A program made the position numbers and the translations under genes. DNA of 64,000 bases from Deltaproteobacteria bacterium (lineage in GTDB: Bacteria > Myxococcota > Kuafuiibacteriia > Kuafuiibacteriales > Kuafuiibacteriaceae), in assembly GCA_040218735.1 (NCBI GenBank), contig JAVJQW010000057.1, positions 160,001 to 224,000 on the forward strand. Direction: 5' to 3'. This document shows, piece by piece, positions 20,301-29,154 of the stretch (positions within the stretch are counted from its first letter, which is position 1; the number at the start of each line of letters is the position of its first letter). A model generated the notes under the pieces. It saw only the letters and a list, made by a program, of their open reading frames with translations. It was not told the origin of the DNA and did not search any database.

Positions 20301-21433
20301 TCGCGAAGACGCGGTTGCTCGCGTCGTTCGAGTCGGGGCGCGTCGATGTCTCGCAGCTCGATACTGCGATGGCGGAGTCGCTCGCAGCGATGCGCAAGGA
20401 GGAGCCGGACCGCCCCGAGCCCCTCGCCGCGCTGGCCGAGCTGCTCGAGACGGCGCGGTCCAGCGCGGAGTCTGGCGACGCAAAGACGGCGGCGCGGATG
20501 CTCGGCCTCGCGATCGTCGTGGCGGGTCCGCCCCCCGCGACGAAGCGACACCTGGTGCAGGGGCAGGAGCGCCTGACGCGCAACGATCCGGTGAAGGCCG
20601 CGGCGGCCTTCGAGGCGGCCGAGGCGGACGCGCCGAACGACGAGGTGGTGAAGACGGCGATCGCGATCGCGGAGCGAGCGCGGCTGAATCGCCTGATCGA
20701 TGCGCTCGTGCGCGGCAACGACCGGCGCGCGCAGAAGGCGCTCGAGGAGCGCCTCGCGTCGAAGGCCGGCGCACGGACGAAGAAGGAGATCTTCGAGACC
20801 GCGGAGCGCGAGGCGTACGAGGGCCGTGAGGACCGCGCGGCGCGCCTGTACGACGCACTCAACGCGTTCACGGAGGACGCGGCGGTGAAGAAGGCGACGG
20901 CGGAAGGGAACCGCCTCCTCGCCAAGCGTCAGTACGACGACGCGGTGGCGGCGTACACGACCGCGCAGAAGGCGGGTGATGCGCCCGTGGCGAAGAAGGG
21001 CGAGAAGCTCGCGTTCTCGCGCCGGGTCGCGCTGATGTTCACCGAGGTCGCGAAGCTGAAGAACCTGACGGACCTCGACGCCGGCGCGAAAGCGACCCAG
21101 ACGCTGCTCGGCATCGATCCGTACGACAAGGACGGCATCGCGGCGCTCGATGCGGCGCTCGACCACGCGGCGGATCGCTGGGAGGCGAAGGACCGCGCCA
21201 CGGCGCTGCGCGCGCTCGAGGCCGCGGTGATCGCGAGCGACGCGGAGCGCGAGCTGATGCCGGGCGTGAAGGCGCTCGCCGCCAACGACGCGAAGGGGGC
21301 CGCGGAGGTGTTCGCGAAGGCCGAGCAGCTCCTGGTCCCGGCGGAGGACGAGGTCGACTCCAGCCTGAAGAAACTCCTCGGGCACCAGCGCAAAGTCGCC
21401 GCCCGCGGTAAAGCGTTTGCCACGGACGAGTGA
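17375..21433 (+). CDS. Giant TPR-like helical-repeat lipoprotein (about 1352 aa), paralog 1
   Basis: GTG 17375 gives MTARLLLVAWALAAGGC (lipobox), followed by Ala-rich TPR-like repeats throughout. Confidence 0.85.
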   Translation: MTARLLLVAWALAAGGCVSAGARAYSAGQAAQRAGDLDAAFDHYAEAHRSDPSDPSYRSAFESTQASLLAQLTARGEAREQAEEWTLAATEWRRAAEVAPDVSSYAVRRDLSALKAEDPGPYDWFVGVKKVADANPDDTIASRSLARAKTRAVAALMKTVEGKLEAGEPAAAVEALDRALDVDEVAVDPQLAKRARSAKAEKLGDEALEKDEPFVAYEHFDRAHAYAPSPGLEKKRNLAKRKAAPIVKKLDRAYGLSQRGRHARALVVYRQVAEMNGAPPSVAEQIAEVEKALIAAETEKAVKQAERGRMSSARRAMHRAIDVAKLDDETKTTVKDATTDLTSDRVAAGLDKLGKVELVAQDPLQLALEKIAHFGVARAVKRAQDISLRNPAKALALVAGLEEYADTFPEIQQLSRSLKVDAFTGTLEAAFAAARRGDDATAADTLIGALQMSEAPRSLAAPIEEACKLLEKGDYLGADAAFDRALVVAPGSRLATWGIKITDHRRDVVAKAAVKSIARGRDDESSLALLEAIAKTEPNDEHVKAGRDALLARAAQEAQRQDDAGWAELVRHAARLTPLSPTAREELEAALAAFTAGDMKQAAARFDTMKTAAPTAKVAKVGHTHAHQRADEEKSAAERRSDRLDDLITQSTEASKAGDVRKALRTLKAAVAVSVSAGPFKRDVNAGLDLITRGEPAKGLAAVKASGLPKKDPLHVPSRAYAIATARRLVDRARRVATKSPERAIVILKALAAFTQDVPEVTELERAIEVDAFMAQLDEAERHAAAGRDERAAAVLTDALETSHAPPKVRRTAKRGIDYLAATEYLAAERAFDEALAAAPQSKLAERGKKIAGMRRAIAERRAKDALVKGRGDPAKAVETLEASLGLEPDNAFAAEGAQALLARATTMADDAEDEALATVLGYAARLMPKERRAYERLLEGLSKLSKHEHAGAESAFRRVRTIDPTNPIAMLGQQVAKTRLLASFESGRVDVSQLDTAMAESLAAMRKEEPDRPEPLAALAELLETARSSAESGDAKTAARMLGLAIVVAGPPPATKRHLVQGQERLTRNDPVKAAAAFEAAEADAPNDEVVKTAIAIAERARLNRLIDALVRGNDRRAQKALEERLASKAGARTKKEIFETAEREAYEGREDRAARLYDALNAFTEDAAVKKATAEGNRLLAKRQYDDAVAAYTTAQKAGDAPVAKKGEKLAFSRRVALMFTEVAKLKNLTDLDAGAKATQTLLGIDPYDKDGIAALDAALDHAADRWEAKDRATALRALEAAVIASDAERELMPGVKALAANDAKGAAEVFAKAEQLLVPAEDEVDSSLKKLLGHQRKVAARGKAFATDE

Positions 21434-24162
21434 CGCCGATGGACCAACCCCTCCCCGCCGAGCTGGGCGAGCAAATCGCCGGCTACGTCCTCGAAGACGT
21501 CATCGCCCGCGGCGGCATGGCGGCGGTGTACCTCGGTCGACATCACGTGCTGGGCCGCCCTGGCGCGATCAAGGTGCTCGAGCCGCAGCTCGCCCGAAAC
21601 CGCGAGTACGTCGAGCGGTTCATCCGCGAAGCGCGCGTCGTGAACGACGTCAGGCACCCGAACATCGTCGACATCTTCGACTTCGTGCAGCAGCAGGATC
21701 CGCCGCGGGTCGCCTGCGTCATGGAGCTGCTCGACGGCCCCACACTCGCGGAGGTGCTCGCCGAGCGCGCGCTCACGCCGGTTCAGACGCTCAACATCAT
21801 GCACCAGCTCGTCGGCGCGCTGACGAAGGTGCACTCCCGCGGCGTCATCCACCGCGACATCAAGCCGTCGAACGTCGTGGTCGTCGGCGACCTCGCGACC
21901 CCGCTCGCGGTGGTGCCGAGCGTGAAGATCCTCGACTTCGGAATCGCGAAGCACTTCGACTACGACGGCGACGCGTCGATGACCGGCCCCGGCACGGTGC
22001 TCGGGACACCGGCGTACATGGCGCCGGAACAGATCTCCGGGGACCCGATCACCCCCGCGACGGACGTCTACGGCCTCGCCGAGCTGTGGTTCGAAATGCT
22101 CACCGGCGAGCGCGCGTTCACGGGGAGCGGGCGGCAGGCGATCAAGCTCAAGATGATCGGCCAGGTCCCCGACATCGAGCTGGACGCCGATGTCCCCGGC
22201 CGCGGCCACATCGTCGACTTCCTGCGGCGCGGCCTCGACGGAGACCCGGCGCGGCGCCCTCCGCTGGAGGCGTTGGTCGACGTGCTGACGAAGATGCGGA
22301 TGGAGGTCCCGCCGCCGCCCGCCACGCCGAGTGATCCCTCCTTCGATCTCACCGAGCCGATCGGCCAAACGCCGGAGCCGGCGCTCGTGGAGCCCGTCGA
22401 ACCCACCCCCGCGGTCGTCGTCGACAAACCGGACGACGACGTCCAGCGGCTCGGCGACTACTCGCTGTTCATGACGCTCCCCGCGCGCGGGATGACGCAG
22501 TCCTATATCGCGCGCCGCGACGACGCGGTGGAGATCTGCGTGCTGCGTCGGTTGCTCCAGCAGCTCGAAGGCAACCCGACGGCCGCCGCGCGGTTCCGTC
22601 GCGAGGCGAAGATCGCGCAGTATCTGAGGCACCCGCGGATCGCCCGCGTGCTCGACGCGCGGATCATCGACGGCACGTTCTGCATCGCGAGTGAGCTGGT
22701 GCTCGGCGTCAGCCTGGAGCGCCTCCTCGAACGCCTGCGACACGGGAACCACCGGCTCCCGGTCCAGGTCTTCGCACCGATCGCCCTGCGGGTGCTCGAC
22801 GCGCTCCACTTCGCGCACGACGTCACGGACGAACACGGTCGGCCGCTCCACATCATCCACCGCGACATCACGCCGACGGCGGTGACGCTCTCGTTCACGG
22901 GCGACGTGAAGCTCTCCGAGTTCGGTGTGGCGCGCGCGTCGGTCGACGACTTTCGGACCGCGCCGGGGACGGCGGTCGGTTCGCTCGAATATATGTCGCC
23001 GGAGCAGGTACGCAGCGAGCGCCTGGACCGACGGAGCGACGTGTACTCCCTCGCGTGTGTGCTCTTCGAGTCCCTCGCCGGCCGCAAGGTGATCGAACCG
23101 GGCGGCGTGCTCGAGACGCTCCGGAGCGTCGTGACCGACTCACCGCCTCCGCTCGGCAAGCTGCGCCCGGATCTCCCGAACGCGCTCGTCACCGTCATCG
23201 AGTCGGCGCTCGCCAAGGATCCGAACCAACGTCCGGCGACCGCCGCGTTGTTCGCGGCGCAGGTGCGCGACGCGCTGGGTGCCTTCGCCGACGCTTCGGC
23301 GGACGGCGTGGGTGACTTCGTTCGACAGGTCCTCCCCGACGAAGAGCAGAACACGCTCCAGATGCTCGCGACCGTCCGCGTCGCAAGTGAACGTCAGGAG
23401 CGCGTCGCGACGCCGCTGTACAACGAGCCACCGGTCGAGCCGACGATGACGGTGCGCCAGCGGACGCTCGCGCCGGTCGAGTCCGAGCCGCACGAGCCGA
23501 GTGTCCTCACCATGCCCGGTGCGCCGGCGCCGCTGGACGCCGACCGCGCCGCGGTGCCGCTCGTCGTGACCCCGCGACGCCCGGCGAAGAAGGAGCCGCG
23601 CAACACCAAGGTGCTGGTGCTGGTCGGCGCCGCGGCGTTCGTCGTGACGCTCGTGGGGGGCGCGATGATGCTCCGTCCTGCGACGACGACGCAGACCGCG
23701 ACCGGCGAGGCGCCGAACCGGTCACCCACGGCGGCGGCGCCGGTGGTGACCGCCGCGCAGCGCGAGACGCCGGTGACGAAGGCACCACCACCGCCGCCGC
23801 CGCCCGCGCCCCCGCCGCCCCGACCGACGCGGGTCACGAAGACACGCCCCGCGCCGCCGCCGGCCAAGAAGGTCGCGCCACCTCCCCCGCCTCCGCCTCC
23901 GCCGCCGCCGCGTGCCGCGCCGTCGCGGTTCGGTCGCATCGAGCGCGCGCTCACCAAGCTCGAGGCCTCGCCCGACGACATCCCGCTGTTCGACGAGATC
24001 CACGCGATGATCGCCAAGGAAGCAGCGTCGCTCCCCGCCGCGTCTCGCGAGCGCATCCGCGTTCGACTCGACGCCGCGCAGCGCACCTACAAGCCGCGTT
24101 CGCTGCGGACCGCGCTCGACCGGCTGAAGTTGGAGCGCGCGCGCGTCAAAGCGCCGCGCTGA
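21430..24162 (+). CDS. Membrane Ser/Thr protein kinase with tandem kinase and pseudokinase domains and a Pro-rich exterior segment
   Basis: Domain 1: GGMAAVY, AIK, HRDIKPSN, DFG, GTPAYMAPEQ. Domain 2: HRDITPTA, EFG, YMSPEQ. TM helix VLVLVGAAAFVVTLVGG. Start is GTG 21430 or ATG 21439. Confidence 0.92.
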   Translation: MTPMDQPLPAELGEQIAGYVLEDVIARGGMAAVYLGRHHVLGRPGAIKVLEPQLARNREYVERFIREARVVNDVRHPNIVDIFDFVQQQDPPRVACVMELLDGPTLAEVLAERALTPVQTLNIMHQLVGALTKVHSRGVIHRDIKPSNVVVVGDLATPLAVVPSVKILDFGIAKHFDYDGDASMTGPGTVLGTPAYMAPEQISGDPITPATDVYGLAELWFEMLTGERAFTGSGRQAIKLKMIGQVPDIELDADVPGRGHIVDFLRRGLDGDPARRPPLEALVDVLTKMRMEVPPPPATPSDPSFDLTEPIGQTPEPALVEPVEPTPAVVVDKPDDDVQRLGDYSLFMTLPARGMTQSYIARRDDAVEICVLRRLLQQLEGNPTAAARFRREAKIAQYLRHPRIARVLDARIIDGTFCIASELVLGVSLERLLERLRHGNHRLPVQVFAPIALRVLDALHFAHDVTDEHGRPLHIIHRDITPTAVTLSFTGDVKLSEFGVARASVDDFRTAPGTAVGSLEYMSPEQVRSERLDRRSDVYSLACVLFESLAGRKVIEPGGVLETLRSVVTDSPPPLGKLRPDLPNALVTVIESALAKDPNQRPATAALFAAQVRDALGAFADASADGVGDFVRQVLPDEEQNTLQMLATVRVASERQERVATPLYNEPPVEPTMTVRQRTLAPVESEPHEPSVLTMPGAPAPLDADRAAVPLVVTPRRPAKKEPRNTKVLVLVGAAAFVVTLVGGAMMLRPATTTQTATGEAPNRSPTAAAPVVTAAQRETPVTKAPPPPPPPAPPPPRPTRVTKTRPAPPPAKKVAPPPPPPPPPPPRAAPSRFGRIERALTKLEASPDDIPLFDEIHAMIAKEAASLPAASRERIRVRLDAAQRTYKPRSLRTALDRLKLERARVKAPR

Positions 24163-25372
24163 CGCCGTAGCTCAACGCACCCACCACGACACCGACCACG
24201 ACCGACAGCCACGGGAGCTGGGATCCGCGATCGAACGTGAGCGCGCCGGCGGACCACGTCGCCCCGGTCGCGAACAAGCTGTAGCCGAGCGGTACGACGA
24301 GCAGGCCGCCTGGGTTGACGTCGTTGACGACGCCGTCGGCCCCGCTGTCGTAGCCGAACGTGACGAAGTCACTCCGCGAGCCGCAGTCGGGCGAGCCGGC
24401 GAAGCAGTGGCTCGTCACGTCGCCGTCCGGTCGCGTGAGGCCGTAGACGACCAACGCGGCGCCCACCGCGGCGACCGCGGCGCCGCCGTAGAGGACGGCG
24501 CCCGAGAGCACGCCGGCGTCGCTCCCGGCGCGGGCGACGAGTGTGACGTCGGCGGTGGCCGTGGAGCGGGCGGCGACCACGACCTCGTGGCTCGCGACCT
24601 CGTACCCCGCGCGCCGCAGCGTGAGCGTGCGCCGCCCCGGACGGACGCCGCGCAACGTGCCGCGCTCGGTGTCGAGCTGTCCGATCGCCCGCCCGTCGAT
24701 CTCGACGGCGACCCCGGGGACATTCGCGGTGAGCGCGATCGTCCCGTACGGCTTGAAGTGTCCGAGTCGTTCGAGCGCACCTTCGAACCGACGTTCGAAC
24801 GCGCGCGTGATGACGACTTTGGCTTCGTTCTCGTCGAGCACGAGCGCGGGACGCGACTGGGCGAGCAGTGCCTTCTCGCTGATCGCGATCTCCACCTCGT
24901 CCTCGAAGCCCGGTCGACGTTCGGCCTCGTGGTACAGGCGCAACGCGCGATCGAGATCGAGGAGGAGGACCGAGAGTCGGTCGCCGCGCTCGCCGCCCGC
25001 AACGTTGGAGATCATCAACAGCTGACGCGGCACGACGAGCCCGCGCTCCTGCAACCGTTGCTGGTACTGGTCGAAGGTGATCTTGTTCGCCGACTTCGTC
25101 TCGCGCTCGTAGTCACGGCGCGTGGTCAGCGCGACGCAGGTCAGGCTCCCCGTGCAGTCGTCGATGACCTGCTCGTCGATGGTGAGCGCGAAGTAGTCCG
25201 TGAGCTCCTTCAGGAGGCCGTCGACGATGCGGATCATCTCGGACCGGCTCGTGCGCGCCGCCTTGCCCGTCGGCGTGTTGACGACGACGGCGATCGGAAC
25301 GCGCTCCTCGGCGTTGAGCGTCGCGCCGTTCGAGGCGACGAGGGCCGTCAGGACCGGGACCAGCACCACCAC
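24146..25372 (-). CDS. PEGA domain-containing protein
   Basis: GTIALTANVPGVAVEIDG...PGRRTLTLRRAGY (PEGA) and C-terminal Gly-rich hydrophobic segments. Confidence 0.8.
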   Translation of the reverse strand: MVVLVPVLTALVASNGATLNAEERVPIAVVVNTPTGKAARTSRSEMIRIVDGLLKELTDYFALTIDEQVIDDCTGSLTCVALTTRRDYERETKSANKITFDQYQQRLQERGLVVPRQLLMISNVAGGERGDRLSVLLLDLDRALRLYHEAERRPGFEDEVEIAISEKALLAQSRPALVLDENEAKVVITRAFERRFEGALERLGHFKPYGTIALTANVPGVAVEIDGRAIGQLDTERGTLRGVRPGRRTLTLRRAGYEVASHEVVVAARSTATADVTLVARAGSDAGVLSGAVLYGGAAVAAVGAALVVYGLTRPDGDVTSHCFAGSPDCGSRSDFVTFGYDSGADGVVNDVNPGGLLVVPLGYSLFATGATWSAGALTFDRGSQLPWLSVVVGVVVGALSYGVSAAL

Positions 25373-25433
25373 GCGGGAGCCTACTCGCCTTTACTCACCC
25401 GACAAAGCGTGGCGAAAATGCGCCGCTGCGACG

Positions 25434-27743
25434 ATGAAGGCCCTGGCCGCATTCCTTGCCCTCGTGACGTCGTCGCTCCCGGCCGGCGCCTTCGCCGAGA
25501 AGAACCCGCCGAGCCGCCCGGCCCCCCGCCAGCTGGAGGAGATCACGGTGACCCACAACTACACGCTCGGACGGCCGTTCGCCGTGCGCCTCACTCCGGA
25601 CGGCTCGACCGTGCTCTTCCTTCGCAGCGGCCGCGCCGACTCCAAGGCGAGCCTCTACGCCTACGACGTCGCGACGAAGGAGACCTCGCTCCTGCTGTCG
25701 GCCGAGCAGCTGCTCGGAGGCGCCGAGGAGCAGCTCAGCGTCGAAGAGAAGGCGATGCGCGAGCGCAAGCGCATCAAGACGTCCGGCTTCACGGGTTACG
25801 CGATGTCGAGCGACGGCTCGAAGATCGTCGTGAAGCTCTCCGGCAAGGTCTGGATTCACGATCGCAGCGCGGGCCTCTCCGCGCAGGTCGACACCCCCGA
25901 CGGCGTGGTGATCGACGCCCGCCTCTCCCCGGACGCCAAGCGCCTCGCGTTCGTTCGCAACCACGACCTGTACGTGATGAAGCTCGACGCCATCCCGTCG
26001 AAGGCCCCCAAGAAGGGGCCGCGCGTCGTCGGCGGAAAGGTCGTCGCGCTGACCAGCGGCGGGACCGCGGAGAAGTCCTTCGGTACGGCGGAGTTCGTGG
26101 CGCAGGAGGAGATGAGCCGGTACGTCGGCTACTGGTGGTCGCCCGACTCGAAGTCGATCGCATACCAGTCGACGGACGTCTCCGGGCTCGAGCAGTTCAC
26201 GATCGCGGACGCGTCCCGCCCCGAGCACGCGGCGAACGTCTTCCCGTACCCGCGCCCCGGCAAGGCCAACGCGGTGGTGCGGCTCTACCGCATCGGCGTG
26301 GACGGGAAGAACCGCACCGAGATCACGTGGGACCGCGCGAAGTTCCCGTACCTCACGCGCGTGACCTGGTCGAAGAACGCGCCGCTGTCGCTGATCGTTC
26401 AGGCGCGCGACCAGCGTGCGCAAGTCTACTTGCGCGTCTCGAAAGACGATCGCACCGCGCCGATGTTCGAGGAGAAAGACGCGGCGTGGCTGAACATCAC
26501 CAACTCCGTGCCCCGCTGGCTGCCGGACGGGAAGAGCTACCTGTGGGCGACCGAGGAGAGCGGGCGCTGGCAGCTGGAGCGCCACTGGCCGAAGTTCAAC
26601 AAGAAGAAGGGCGGGCTCACCAAGCGCGAAGTCGTGGTCGAGGGGGAGGCCGCGTTGCTCTCGCTGGTCCACGTGGACGCGAAGCGTGATCGGGTCTGGT
26701 TCCTCGCCGCGCCGAAGGCGGTCGATACGCTGCTGTACCGCGCGAAGCTGTCGAAGCGTTCGAAGCCGGTGCGTGTGTCGCCGCCGAGCGGTGAGTTCGC
26801 CGCGACGTTCAGCAGCGACGGGAGTCGCTTCGTTCTGTCGCGGGCGTCGATGCAGGATCTCTTGCGCAGCACCGTCCACGAGGCCGACGAGGGCCCGCTC
26901 GCACCGCTGGAGCCGTACAAGGCGGGCGCGCCGCTCGCCGACGCGGAGCTCCCGTTCGACGCCAAGACACCGAAGCACCTGCCGCGCACCGAGATCGTGG
27001 AGCCGAGCGAGGCCGATGGGTTCTGGGGCGCGATCACACGACCGCGTGGGTTCGATCCGAAGAAGAAGTACCCGGTCGTCGTCTACGTCTACGGCGGTCC
27101 GGGCTTCACGGTGGTGAAGTCGAACGCGGTCGCGTACCTCGTGCAGCAGTGGATGGCCGACCATGGCTTCGTGGTCGTGAGCGTCGACGGCCGAGGGACG
27201 CCGCGGCGCGGCCGTGACCACGAACGTGCGCTGCGCGAGAAGTTCGGGGACGTCCCGCTCGAGGATCAGGTCCGCGGGCTGAAAGCGCTCGGCGCGCGGT
27301 ACCCAGAGCTCGACCTCGAACGCGTCGGCATCTACGGGTGGTCTTTCGGCGGGTACATGTCGGCGCTCGCGGTGATGCGTCGGCCGGACATCTTCAAGGT
27401 CGGCGTCGCCGGCGCGCCCGTGGTGGACTGGCTCTACTACGACACCCACTACACCGAGCGTTACCTCGGGCTCCCCGACGACGCGCCGAAGGCGTACGCG
27501 TCGTCGTCGCTGTTGACGTACGCGAAGGACCTCGAGCGCCCGCTCCTCCTCGTCCACGGCATCGCGGACGACAACGTGTACTTCGCGCACACGCTCCAGC
27601 TCGCCGACCACCTGTTCCGCGCGGGCAAGGACTTCGACCTGCTCCCCCTCGTCGGGCTGACGCACCAGATCGCCGACCCGAGCATCCGCGAGACACTCTA
27701 CGGGCGGATGGCGAACTTCCTGGGCCAGGTGCTGTGGAAGTAG
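25434..27743 (+). CDS. S9B family dipeptidyl peptidase IV-like serine peptidase
   Basis: Signal peptide; AEFVAQEEM, WWSPDS, YPRPG, VYGGP, GWSFGG (nucleophile), HG..DDNV, catalytic His near the C-terminus. Start set to ATG 25434. Confidence 0.95.
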   Translation: MKALAAFLALVTSSLPAGAFAEKNPPSRPAPRQLEEITVTHNYTLGRPFAVRLTPDGSTVLFLRSGRADSKASLYAYDVATKETSLLLSAEQLLGGAEEQLSVEEKAMRERKRIKTSGFTGYAMSSDGSKIVVKLSGKVWIHDRSAGLSAQVDTPDGVVIDARLSPDAKRLAFVRNHDLYVMKLDAIPSKAPKKGPRVVGGKVVALTSGGTAEKSFGTAEFVAQEEMSRYVGYWWSPDSKSIAYQSTDVSGLEQFTIADASRPEHAANVFPYPRPGKANAVVRLYRIGVDGKNRTEITWDRAKFPYLTRVTWSKNAPLSLIVQARDQRAQVYLRVSKDDRTAPMFEEKDAAWLNITNSVPRWLPDGKSYLWATEESGRWQLERHWPKFNKKKGGLTKREVVVEGEAALLSLVHVDAKRDRVWFLAAPKAVDTLLYRAKLSKRSKPVRVSPPSGEFAATFSSDGSRFVLSRASMQDLLRSTVHEADEGPLAPLEPYKAGAPLADAELPFDAKTPKHLPRTEIVEPSEADGFWGAITRPRGFDPKKKYPVVVYVYGGPGFTVVKSNAVAYLVQQWMADHGFVVVSVDGRGTPRRGRDHERALREKFGDVPLEDQVRGLKALGARYPELDLERVGIYGWSFGGYMSALAVMRRPDIFKVGVAGAPVVDWLYYDTHYTERYLGLPDDAPKAYASSSLLTYAKDLERPLLLVHGIADDNVYFAHTLQLADHLFRAGKDFDLLPLVGLTHQIADPSIRETLYGRMANFLGQVLWK

Positions 27744-28768
27744 CCGAGGCCGCGAAGCGCGCCCTGGGCGCGTGGTCGATCGCGGACGCGGAGCTCGTGC
27801 CGATCGAGGTCGGGCTCATCAACGTCACGTTCGAGGTGCGGAGCGGGCGCGGTCGGTTCATCCTGCAGCGCCTGAACCCGATCTTCTCGCCGCGGGTGCA
27901 CGAGGACATCGAGGCGGTGACCGAGCACCTCGCCCGGCGGGGCATCGAGACGCCGCGGCTCGTGCGTACCGATGCGGACGCGCGTTACCACGACAGCGAA
28001 GGTGTTTGGCGCCTGATGACCTTCATCGAAGGAGAGACCCACGCGCGGCTAACGTCGGACGCGCTCGCGCGGGAGGCCGGTGCGTTGCTCGGTCGTTTCC
28101 ATCGCGCGACGGCGGATCTCGAGCACACGTTCGTCGCGGGGCGGCTCGGCGTGCACGACACCCCGAAGCACATGCGCGCGCTCGAGGACGCGGTTCGCGA
28201 GCACGCGGGACATCGTCTTCACGCGGAGGTCGCGCCGTTCGCGACCGAGATCGCGGAGCGCTACGGCGCGCTCGGGGCACTGCCGCCGGTCGAAGATCGC
28301 GTCGTGCACGGTGACCCGAAGGTCTCGAACGTGCTGTTCACACCCGAGGGCGCGGCGCGGTGCCTGGTGGACCTCGACACCCTCGCGCGGATGCCCATCT
28401 ACCTGGAGCTGGGGGACGCGCTGCGGTCGTGGTGCAACCCGGCGGGTGAGGACGGCGGCGAGGCGACGTTCTCGCTGCCGCTCTTCGCGGCGGCGATCGA
28501 AGGGTACGCGTCGAGCACGCGCGGGTGGCTCACGTCGGAAGAGTCCGGCGCGCTGGTGCGGGCGACGGCGACGATCATCCTGGAGCTCGCGGCGCGGTTC
28601 GCGGCGGACGCGCTGCGGGAGTCGTACTTCGGCTGGAACGAGAAGCGGTTCGCGACGCGCGGCGATCACAACCTCCTGCGGGCGCAGCGCCAACTGCAGG
28701 AGGCGAAGTCACTCGCGGACGTGATGGAGGACGCGGAGGCCGTCGTCGCGCGCGCCTACGCGCCTTGA
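27734..28768 (+). CDS. APH/choline-kinase-like phosphotransferase (N-acetylhexosamine kinase-like)
   Basis: [44 protein letters not shown]. Start set to GTG 27734. Confidence 0.85.
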   Translation: MEVAEAAKRALGAWSIADAELVPIEVGLINVTFEVRSGRGRFILQRLNPIFSPRVHEDIEAVTEHLARRGIETPRLVRTDADARYHDSEGVWRLMTFIEGETHARLTSDALAREAGALLGRFHRATADLEHTFVAGRLGVHDTPKHMRALEDAVREHAGHRLHAEVAPFATEIAERYGALGALPPVEDRVVHGDPKVSNVLFTPEGAARCLVDLDTLARMPIYLELGDALRSWCNPAGEDGGEATFSLPLFAAAIEGYASSTRGWLTSEESGALVRATATIILELAARFAADALRESYFGWNEKRFATRGDHNLLRAQRQLQEAKSLADVMEDAEAVVARAYAP

Positions 28769-28799
28769 AGGGCCACGCCGTCCGTGTCATGACGACGGC

Positions 28800-29144
28800 A
28801 TGAGCGAAAAGACGATCTTCGCGAAGATCATCGATCGCGAGATCCCGGCCACGATCGTGTACGAGGACGACCGCGCCCTCGCCTTCCGGGACATCCACCC
28901 GGGCGCGCCGACGCACATCCTCGTGATCCCGAAGAAGCCGATCGACATGATCGAACACCTCGAGGAAGCCGACGAAGCGCTCGTCGGTCACCTCGTGTTC
29001 GTGGCCAAGAAGATCGCGGAGGACGAAGGCCTCACCGACGGCTACCGGCTCGTGTTCAACAACGGCGCCGACGCCGGGCAGAGTGTCTTCCACATCCACC
29101 TGCACCTCCTCGGAGGCCGACAGCTCGCCTGGCCTCCGGGCTGA
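28800..29144 (+). CDS. hinT: Histidine triad (HIT) nucleotide-binding protein
   Basis: [41 protein letters not shown]. Confidence 0.93.
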   Translation: MSEKTIFAKIIDREIPATIVYEDDRALAFRDIHPGAPTHILVIPKKPIDMIEHLEEADEALVGHLVFVAKKIAEDEGLTDGYRLVFNNGADAGQSVFHIHLHLLGGRQLAWPPG

Positions 29145-29154
29145 GCCGCTCTTC

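Noticed and set aside
16055-21433. 1792-aa ORF in the supplied track
   Set aside because: The first 440 codons are an Arg-rich shadow frame over the DUF4105 gene. The real protein starts at GTG 17375 with a lipoprotein signal.
23770-23920. CCG-rich tandem repeats
   Set aside because: They encode the poly-proline stalk of the kinase and are not an independent repeat element.
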